A program made the translations under genes and the position numbers. This document shows, one piece after another, positions 10,338 through 17,670 of a stretch of 64,000 nucleotides of DNA; within the stretch, counting starts at the first letter, position 1, and every line of letters begins with the position of its first letter. The notes below the pieces were generated by a model. The model was not told where the DNA came from. It ran no database searches and saw nothing but the letters and a program-made list of their open reading frames with translations. Source of the DNA: a virus (taxonomy: Duplodnaviria; Caudoviricetes); IMG/VR virus record IMGVR_UViG_3300031760_000022, positions 24,323 to 88,322 of that record. One strand, 5' to 3'.

Positions 10338-11631
10338 AATGTTTGAAACCATTTTGTCAAGTTCACCTTCTTATACCCCAAACAATTTTTATCGTGAATT
10401 AGAACAGGCTTTTATTGATAGTCAATGGGAAAATACAACTTCTCTTTTAACAATTCAAGAACAAGATGTTACATTACTCCAAGAAGATTATTTTCAAGAT
10501 TTTACTTTTGAACCTATAGAAGTTTGGGTTGATACTGTTGTTGGACAAACTTCTACAGGGTCTAAAACTGGTAGAGATTTCCTTAAATTGATTTTTAAAG
10601 ATATAAATCATCCTAAATATGAAGGTCGTTATTATATTGTTAATAATGAATATTATATTAGTTATTTTGATAATCGTGTTGTGGATGTAGACGCTAATTT
10701 AAGTGTGCGTAGGTGCAACCAATGGATGAAAATTGTTGACCCTATGAATGGAAGTATTTATCAAATTCCTGTCGTTGTGGATTATGATATGACAGCTTCT
10801 TCTAATAGGGTGACAAGTTCTGTAATTACTCCTAATAACCATGCTTCTGTTAAAGTTCAACAAAACGCATTCACGGACAGATTGTTTAAAACTAATGCAA
10901 GATTTATTTTGGGTGGTAGACCTTTCAAGATTACAGGTATGCAGAATGCTACTAATCAATTTATTAACAATGATTTGGCTAGTTTAATGGATATAGATTT
11001 GTTTTTGGATGAAATTTGGGAACAAGATAATCTTGAAGATGGAATTGCTTATAATGGAACATATGATTATATTGTTGATATTAACGGACAAGATATGGAA
11101 CTGATTCCAAATAGTACAGGACAATTATATTCTAGTGTTCTTTTGAATGGAGAACAGGTAGAAAGAATCGTGTTGTGGAATACTTCTGATGAAAGTGTAG
11201 TAACAGTAACACAAGAAGGAGAATATAGTGTAGTTGGCGAAGTTGGGCAGACAGCTTATATTACTGCATCTTTGTACGGCAATGAAGATATTTTTGACAA
11301 AATAAACATTACTATTGTAGATGAATCTATGGTTCAAGCAGATGTTATTATTGACCCTGTAATTACTGGTATTAGAGAATATGAAAGTGTCCAAATAACT
11401 GTTTTGGGATTGTATAATGGCTTAACGGTTAAGCCAGATAATGTAACTTTAAGTCTTGACGCAGAAGTGTATAATTATTTAAATTATACACAAAATGATA
11501 ATGTTTTTACTTTAACTTGTTTAAAAAGATGCAATAATGTTATCCCAATGATGTTTACAATAAGTTCTACAAATCCTGATTATACTGTTAGTAAGGTTGT
11601 AGAAATTAAATTAACAAGTCTATTAGGGTAA
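10327..11631 (+). CDS. Putative head-closure/neck protein with C-terminal Ig-like domains
   Basis: Ig-like segment VLWNTSDESVVTVTQEG in the C-terminal half; position. Confidence 0.55.
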   Translation: MPFEMFETILSSSPSYTPNNFYRELEQAFIDSQWENTTSLLTIQEQDVTLLQEDYFQDFTFEPIEVWVDTVVGQTSTGSKTGRDFLKLIFKDINHPKYEGRYYIVNNEYYISYFDNRVVDVDANLSVRRCNQWMKIVDPMNGSIYQIPVVVDYDMTASSNRVTSSVITPNNHASVKVQQNAFTDRLFKTNARFILGGRPFKITGMQNATNQFINNDLASLMDIDLFLDEIWEQDNLEDGIAYNGTYDYIVDINGQDMELIPNSTGQLYSSVLLNGEQVERIVLWNTSDESVVTVTQEGEYSVVGEVGQTAYITASLYGNEDIFDKINITIVDESMVQADVIIDPVITGIREYESVQITVLGLYNGLTVKPDNVTLSLDAEVYNYLNYTQNDNVFTLTCLKRCNNVIPMMFTISSTNPDYTVSKVVEIKLTSLLG

Positions 11632-11643
11632 GGAGGATTTTGT

Positions 11644-12216
11644 ATGTATAATAGTTTAAGTCGCTTACCTTTAATAGCTTATAATATTTTAGTGTATTTA
11701 GCAAAGCAATCTTCTGCTGAAGATATATGGAAAATGTTAAAATATAATGACTATAATTGTTTGTCAAAACCTAATTTGACTTTTAGTGAAAAAATGGAAT
11801 TGATATGGAAAAATGGGCCACAAGAAAATTTTAGCGTTTTTCTTTCACCTTTAGTAGAAGATGCTGTGACCGAATCAAAATCTATTATGAAAATATATGA
11901 TTATTATATCCAGCCTAGAGAAAGATATTGGAGTGCTGTTATTTTTGCTTTTGATTTTCTATATGGTGGAAATATGGCCTTGATTGATTATAAGGGTATT
12001 CCAAGTTCTAGGGGAGATGTTTTTATTCATAGTGTTTTATCTACTCTGAATGGCGTTGAAATTGGTGGAATAGGGAAATTAAGTTTTGAAGATGATGTAA
12101 GCCGCTATAGTTTGGCGAAAGCCACTATGGGAAATGAACGTACATTTTGCGGTGTACAGCTTTATTTGACGGTTAGAATAGGGGATGCTGGAACATCTTC
12201 CGAATGTGATGATTGA
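11644..12216 (+). CDS. Putative tail terminator/neck protein
   Basis: 190 aa with GGAGG RBS; position before tail tube. Confidence 0.45.
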   Translation: MYNSLSRLPLIAYNILVYLAKQSSAEDIWKMLKYNDYNCLSKPNLTFSEKMELIWKNGPQENFSVFLSPLVEDAVTESKSIMKIYDYYIQPRERYWSAVIFAFDFLYGGNMALIDYKGIPSSRGDVFIHSVLSTLNGVEIGGIGKLSFEDDVSRYSLAKATMGNERTFCGVQLYLTVRIGDAGTSSECDD

Positions 12217-13018
12217 TATAGATTTTTTATCAAAAGTTTATTTTTGGTTTGATTTACCCGTTCCTTATAAATTGGAAAAAGATAAAGAAATTTTTATTTA
12301 TCCTATAGGGGTTAAAGATAGTGAAACATTTTTATCTTCTATAGATATTATTTCTATTGATAAAAATTCTTTAAGTGACGCTAGATATATTTCTATGTCT
12401 TATTTAGATTTTTTATTTTCTGTTCTTATTTTTAATGAAGATAAAAATTTATCTGAACTTTCTAAGATTAAACTAGCATTTTTATTATCAAAGTGTTTGA
12501 AATGGGAAGATGAAACAGATATTAAAATTATTGTTGACAATAAGGGCAAAGGAAAAATAATTTATAAAGATTGTGAAATAAAATCTAAACAATTTGAAGA
12601 TATAAGAAGAATTATTTTATATCAGAATTTAATAGATTTTGATGATTCTTATATAAATCCAGAAGTTAGAGAAGCAATTAATGAATTGGAAAAAGTTAAA
12701 TTTCAAAATATAGAAATTCCTAACATTGAAAGACGAATGGCAATTATAACTGCTCATACAGGTATTTCAAAAAAAGAACAAATGGAAATGACTTATAGAA
12801 GTCATACTGCACTTTTTAAAGAAGTATATGGGGAAGTTGATTATTCTACAATTCGTACTGCGGCTTTAATTGGTAATATGTTTAGCAAGAAAAAGAATGA
12901 AATTGAAGATTGGATTTATAAGAAGAAACAAGATAAATATTCTAAATATTTTACTTCGCAAGAAAAATATAGTGAATCTATGGGCGGTAGTAAATCTATT
13001 CGTCCTGAATCCTTGTAA
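12185..13018 (+). CDS. Hypothetical tail-module protein
   Basis: 277-aa ORF; start possibly ATG 12209. Confidence 0.6.
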   Translation: MLEHLPNVMIDIDFLSKVYFWFDLPVPYKLEKDKEIFIYPIGVKDSETFLSSIDIISIDKNSLSDARYISMSYLDFLFSVLIFNEDKNLSELSKIKLAFLLSKCLKWEDETDIKIIVDNKGKGKIIYKDCEIKSKQFEDIRRIILYQNLIDFDDSYINPEVREAINELEKVKFQNIEIPNIERRMAIITAHTGISKKEQMEMTYRSHTALFKEVYGEVDYSTIRTAALIGNMFSKKKNEIEDWIYKKKQDKYSKYFTSQEKYSESMGGSKSIRPESL

Positions 13019-13037
13019 ATTTTAAGGAGGAAAAAAT

Positions 13038-14090
13038 ATGAATCGTTATTTAGCTGGCGTTGGTAGGGCGTTATTGATTCGTGGAAATGATTTAATTGGT
13101 GTTGCGAAAACCCTCACGGAGAGTACATTTGACTTTGCTATTACGGGTGAAGAAATTCGTGGTGGTGCGGCTAATATGCTGTGGGGTCGTTATTTTCACG
13201 ATTCTACTTTAACTGCAACTTTAACTGACGCTATGTTTAAACTTGAATACATTGCGGCTTCTCTTGGCACAAGTATTCAAAGTGGTGGTTTGTCTGTGGC
13301 TGAAGAACAAGTCGCCGTTAGTGGTGGTGTGATTACTGCTACACAAACTCCTGTCGCTACTGCTGGTTCTATTATTGGTTGGTACAAATTACCTTCTGAA
13401 GAAAATTGGCAAGTGGCTACTTTCAGTGGTAAAAATATTGCAATTGCTGGCGCTACTGATAATACTGTGTATTGTCTTAAATATTTTTATCAAAATGCTA
13501 ATGCTCGTAGCATTGTGCTGAATGCTAATTATGTTCCCGATGAACTTCATGTTGTTATTATTAACGACTTGTTTAATGGTGATATTGCTACTGACCCCGC
13601 TAACACTAGTAAAATTGGTCGTTTAATTACTGATATTCCTCGGTTCCAGTTAGATGGCAACCAGAATTTGTCCCTCACTTCTTCTGGTGCGGCTACTACA
13701 AGTCTTTCTGGTTCTGCTCTTGCTATGAGTGACCCGAACAGTTGTGAAGAAGATGCTTATTATGGCACCATGACGGAAGAAATCTTTGGTGAAACTTGGC
13801 AAGAAAAGGTTATTGCTCTTGCTGTTGCAGATGCCGAATTAGAACTTAGTGTTGGTGAATATTCTGTTGTAAGCGTGTATGCTGTTTTTGGTGGGGGTGT
13901 GGCTTCCGCTAAGAAAGATAATTCTAATTTTAATTTTACGGCTGTATCTGGTGCTGAAGCTGTTAGTTTGAATTATGATAATATACAAGGAAGAATACAG
14001 GGTAAGGCCGCTGGAACGGCTGTAGTTGAAGTTACATTGACTGGTTATCCATCTGTTTCCCCGGCGTATGTTTATGTAACTGTTTCGTAA
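13038..14090 (+). CDS. Major tail tube protein with C-terminal Ig-like domain
   Basis: 350 aa, AAGGAGG RBS, high-expression codon bias, C-terminal GKAAGTAVVEVT; followed by terminator. Confidence 0.7.
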   Translation: MNRYLAGVGRALLIRGNDLIGVAKTLTESTFDFAITGEEIRGGAANMLWGRYFHDSTLTATLTDAMFKLEYIAASLGTSIQSGGLSVAEEQVAVSGGVITATQTPVATAGSIIGWYKLPSEENWQVATFSGKNIAIAGATDNTVYCLKYFYQNANARSIVLNANYVPDELHVVIINDLFNGDIATDPANTSKIGRLITDIPRFQLDGNQNLSLTSSGAATTSLSGSALAMSDPNSCEEDAYYGTMTEEIFGETWQEKVIALAVADAELELSVGEYSVVSVYAVFGGGVASAKKDNSNFNFTAVSGAEAVSLNYDNIQGRIQGKAAGTAVVEVTLTGYPSVSPAYVYVTVS

Positions 14091-14100
14091 ATAAAAACAC

Positions 14101-14132
14101 CTGAGCAAGTGGTTAAACTGCTCATTTTTTAT
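14101..14132 (+). terminator. Intrinsic terminator
   Basis: TGAGCA..TGCTCA stem followed by a T-tract. Confidence 0.65.
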
Positions 14133-14146
14133 TAAGGTATAAAAAT

Positions 14147-14437
14147 ATGTGTGAATTTATTGAAGAGAACAAATGTAAAATAAACCAATCCCCTTGTCCT
14201 TGGGTATATTGGTGTGACAAAGCGCAAGGTTGGAGGCCAAATAAATATATGCCTGAAAAATGTAATATGAAAAAAATTACAAAACACAATGGCAAATATA
14301 AAGTAAGGGATAGTCGTAAAGGTTTTTTATATGTTGATATAGAAGATACCACATATAAAATTGAAAATCCTTTTGATTTTATTCCAGATTATGTCGATGT
14401 TCAAAAAAGAAACGGCACTTATAAAATAAAAAAGTGA
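14147..14437 (+). CDS. Hypothetical Cys-rich protein
   Basis: 96-aa ORF with RBS. Confidence 0.65.
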   Translation: MCEFIEENKCKINQSPCPWVYWCDKAQGWRPNKYMPEKCNMKKITKHNGKYKVRDSRKGFLYVDIEDTTYKIENPFDFIPDYVDVQKRNGTYKIKK

Positions 14438-14448
14438 GGGTTGGGTGT

Positions 14449-14853
14449 ATGAATTATGAAGCTGAGATTATGGAAATGAAAGGCAACATTTCTCATTTGC
14501 AAAAAGATGTAGCTGAAATCAAAGCTACTCAACCATTATTACAAAAAACATTAGAAAGAAATATTGAAACTCAAGAAAAACTATCAAACACTTTACATGA
14601 AGTACAATTGTCTTTAGTTTCAATTGTTGATAAATTACAAGACCAATCTGAAGATATTGATGAAATTAAAAAAGAAATGGATTCTAATAGAAACAGTATC
14701 AACAATAAAATTTCACAGGTTGAAGAAAAAATAGAAAATGTTGACGAAGAAGGAAAATTTAATATTCGTACTTTTCTAAAAAATTATTTTCCTTGGATTG
14801 TAGTTGTTGTAGGAATTGGGGCCAATTTAATTTCAAAATATGTAAAGTTTTAA
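14449..14853 (+). CDS. Coiled-coil protein with C-terminal transmembrane helix
   Basis: Heptad-rich N-terminus, hydrophobic FPWIVVVVGIGANLI. Confidence 0.65.
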   Translation: MNYEAEIMEMKGNISHLQKDVAEIKATQPLLQKTLERNIETQEKLSNTLHEVQLSLVSIVDKLQDQSEDIDEIKKEMDSNRNSINNKISQVEEKIENVDEEGKFNIRTFLKNYFPWIVVVVGIGANLISKYVKF

Positions 14854-14868
14854 TTAAAGGAGATTAAA

Positions 14869-15318
14869 ATGAAAATTAAAAAGGAAATTCCTAGCACTTA
14901 TTTGGATGAATATGATGTTAGGGTAAATAATTATTTGACTTATGCAGATATTCAAAATATTGTAAACAGTACCTTAGAATTGGAAAAAAGCAAACAAGAT
15001 AATGATATTGTCGCAGATAGTTGGGCTAATCGAAATCAAAATATTGATATGGTTTTATTAGTTTGTGCCACCGACATTCCTGTTGAAGAATTAGAAAAAA
15101 CTAGTCATTCAGTTTTATTAAAATCTGGACTTATTGACGCTGTTAAAAATGTTATTAAAAATTATAATCGTGTGGAAGAAGCCTTTAAATATACAGAATC
15201 TTGGGATAAAACTTTAATTTATGGATTGCAACTTTTGGCTAAAAAGATGGAATCTAAAGATTTTATGAAAAAATTAAAAGAAGTTTTAAATGGCGAATCT
15301 AACAAATCTAACGGATGA
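14869..15318 (+). CDS. Hypothetical protein (possible tail assembly chaperone)
   Basis: 149 aa with AAGGAG RBS; position upstream of tape measure. Confidence 0.55.
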   Translation: MKIKKEIPSTYLDEYDVRVNNYLTYADIQNIVNSTLELEKSKQDNDIVADSWANRNQNIDMVLLVCATDIPVEELEKTSHSVLLKSGLIDAVKNVIKNYNRVEEAFKYTESWDKTLIYGLQLLAKKMESKDFMKKLKEVLNGESNKSNG

Positions 15319-15796
15319 AAATTCTATAAAGAGGTTTCTTCAACCAAAGATTGAAATTATAGTTAATGAAATATTGGCTGGAATTGAAGAATGGAATAAA
15401 AAGGAAATAGAAAGAATGGTTTATGCTAAAGGAACACCTACATATTATGAAAGGACAGAACCAGAATTTAATTTTGAATCTGCTTGGGGCGGAGAAATTA
15501 AAGAAAGTAATCCAAATTATGTAGAAGGTGAATTTAGTTATAAACCGGATGATATGTCTTTGGGATATGAAATTGATGGGCAACATTCTTCTATTATAAC
15601 TGGTGAAGATATTAGACCTTATTTAGCTGAAATAATATATGAAGGTAAAGCTGGCCATATTTTTGGAACTGGTTTTTGGACACAAAAAAGGGATGCTTGG
15701 ATAGAACTTTTAAGAATAGCAAAAGTGGATGGCGCAAAAATGAAAACATGGATTAACAGAGGTGCTAAGAAAGCAGGATTAAAAATTGAATGGTAA
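15290..15796 (+). CDS. Hypothetical structural-module protein
   Basis: 168-aa ORF overlapping both neighbours. Confidence 0.6.
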   Translation: MANLTNLTDENSIKRFLQPKIEIIVNEILAGIEEWNKKEIERMVYAKGTPTYYERTEPEFNFESAWGGEIKESNPNYVEGEFSYKPDDMSLGYEIDGQHSSIITGEDIRPYLAEIIYEGKAGHIFGTGFWTQKRDAWIELLRIAKVDGAKMKTWINRGAKKAGLKIEW

Positions 15797-16322
15797 AATA
15801 ACAATTGGATTGGATTGTAGCACTAGAAGTACGGGATATGGTGTTTTTCAAAATGATAAATTGATAGATTATGGCATTATAAAATCTGAAGAATTAGATT
15901 GGCGTAATCGGTTATTGATTCAAAGTAAAGTTTTGGGAGAACTATTTGATAAATATAATCCTGAAGAAGTTTTTGTTGAAGATGTGCCCTTGAATCCTAG
16001 AGGTGGTATTAAAACTGCTGTTATGTTGGGTGCTGTTCAAGGTATGGTTTATGGTTTGGGTGCTTCAAGGAAAATAGAAATGAAATTTGTTTTACCTTCA
16101 GTTTGGCGCAGTCCATTGGGATTGTTTGATGGAACAAAAGAGGGTAAAAAGCGTGAAGTTCTAAAACAAAAATCAGTTGAAAAAGCCAATGAATTGTTTG
16201 GTCTTGAATTGGTTTATAAAAGTCCTTCTAGTAAACAAAACTGTGACGATATTAGTGATGCTATTCTTTTGTGTTATTCACAAATAAAACAAAGATGTTT
16301 TGGAAAAAGTATTGACAAATAA
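15786..16322 (+). CDS. ruvC: RuvC-like Holliday junction resolvase
   Basis: IGLDCSTRSTGYG, FVEDV, DDISDAILL acidic catalytic motifs. Confidence 0.85.
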   Translation: MNGKITIGLDCSTRSTGYGVFQNDKLIDYGIIKSEELDWRNRLLIQSKVLGELFDKYNPEEVFVEDVPLNPRGGIKTAVMLGAVQGMVYGLGASRKIEMKFVLPSVWRSPLGLFDGTKEGKKREVLKQKSVEKANELFGLELVYKSPSSKQNCDDISDAILLCYSQIKQRCFGKSIDK

Positions 16323-16340
16323 AATAATGTGTGGTATAGT
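16312..16340 (+). promoter_or_regulatory. SigmaA-type promoter of moron gene
   Basis: TTGACA-17bp-TATAGT with extended TG. Confidence 0.8.
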
Positions 16341-16358
16341 TGTGTTGAGGTGAAGAAT

Positions 16359-16553
16359 ATGTTTAGTATTATTTTAATAATTGCAGGATTTAAGGCTGGT
16401 TGCCCTATCTTGGCAATATTTTTTGTAGTGTTCTTTTGGGTTTGTGTTTTGTGTTCTAATCCTTTAAGAAAAACTAATACTACACATTATATAGATAAAT
16501 ATGGTGATGAAAATTATGGGGATATAAATTGGCTCCGTAATAAAAAACTATGA
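16359..16553 (+). CDS. Small membrane protein (64 aa), moron
   Basis: GAGGTGA RBS; hydrophobic N-terminal half, charged C-terminus; own promoter and terminator. Confidence 0.7.
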   Translation: MFSIILIIAGFKAGCPILAIFFVVFFWVCVLCSNPLRKTNTTHYIDKYGDENYGDINWLRNKKL

Positions 16554-16581
16554 AAGGTGTACGAAAAGTACACCTTTTTTT
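16553..16581 (+). terminator. Intrinsic terminator after moron
   Basis: AAAGGTGTAC-GAAAA-GTACACCTTT plus T-tract. Confidence 0.8.
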
Positions 16582-16599
16582 CATAAAGGAGCGTGAAAA

Positions 16600-17112
16600 A
16601 TGGCAACACAATTTAGTATATTGGCAAAAGTAAAAGTTGATACCGCTGATATACAAAAACAATTAGATAATTTAAAAGATAATACTATACGAATTCATGC
16701 CGACACGCAAGATTTTGAAATGTCAATTTCAGTAGCCAATGCTGTAATGAGGGAATTTGTAGAATTGGCTAGCAATATGGTTGAACAAGTTTATGCCCTT
16801 GATACTAGCTTGACCGAATTTAAAAAGGTTTCAGAATTGCGTGGGGCTGGATTAGATGAATATGTAGAACAGCTTGGAGAATTGGGGCAAATAACCGCAC
16901 GAACAACAAGTGAAATGGTTGATGCCGCAACAGAATTTAAAAAATCTGGCTTTAGTGAAGAAGATAGTAAAACATTGGCGCTTGTCGCTACAGAATATCA
17001 AAATGTGGCTGACGAAGCTATAAGTGCGGGAGAAGCGGCAAATTTTATCATTAGCCAAATGAAAGCATTTAATTTAAGTGCCGCAGATTCACAGCATATA
17101 ATTGATGCCGTT
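16600..17112 (+). CDS. Tape measure protein, exon 1
   Basis: TP901-like TMP core (LDTSLTEFKKV..EFKKSG..EYQNVAD..HIIDAV). Confidence 0.88.
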
Positions 17113-17310
17113 GACTTTTAATTGGCGGTTGTCAGGGTTAAATGACGGGGACTCCCTTAGAGTTTTATACACCAACTTATCATAGTGATATAGATAAGGG
17201 CTTAAAGTAATGTTTAAGATAAGGTAAAAGATATAAAAATTGGGAAATCCGCAACCAAGGGACTTTTTAAGTTCAAGGTTCACAGACTATCGAAAGCAAT
17301 CAAGTTATTC

Positions 17311-17339
17311 TTGACAAATGTAACTAATTATAGTATAAT
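17311..17339 (+). promoter_or_regulatory. Consensus sigmaA promoter inside the TMP intron
   Basis: TTGACA-17bp-TATAAT. Confidence 0.65.
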
Positions 17340-17469
17340 TAGAATAAGGCTAATTATAGCACGAAGCAAGTAGAGTAGAGAAAAGTGCTATTTCTCGAAA
17401 CGCCCTGCCGTTGTAAAACGAAGATATAGTCGGTTCTTATAAGAAATTATAAGTGATTAAATAAATTAT

Positions 17470-17622
17470 TTTTGGAGGAATTATGCCAAACAGAATAGTT
17501 TAGAATATAGACAGTATTTAGATGAAATAAAAAACAATTATTGTTTTAATCATCATATCAATTTAATTAGAATTTCTTACAAAGATATACAAAAAACAAT
17601 ACAAAATATAAAGAACTATTAA
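17470..17622 (+). pseudogene. C-terminal remnant of a Vsr/DUF559-like homing endonuclease
   Basis: Translates FGG..(shift)..LEYRQYLDEIKNNYCFNHHINLIRISYKD; enclosed by an 18-bp intron stem. Confidence 0.7.
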
Positions 17623-17670
17623 ATAATTTATTTAATCAGCCATAGTTAGCACCTATGGCAAACAACAAGG

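Larger units (their letters stand above)
17113..17670 (+). mobile_element. Group I intron in tape measure gene (558 nt)
   Basis: Core AAATGACGGGAACTCCC, GGGAAATCCGCAACCAAG, TTCACAGACTATC, AAGATATAGTCGG; P10 GACTTTTAATT pairs with exon-2 AATGAAGTC; terminal G17670; splicing gives IIDAV-NEVSNNFSVSSADL in frame. Confidence 0.92.

Noticed and set aside
15285-15291. Canonical slippery heptamer T TTA AAT at the end of the putative tail chaperone gene
   Set aside because: The -1 frame stops after four codons and the next gene is in the +1 frame, so no G/GT-type fusion results.
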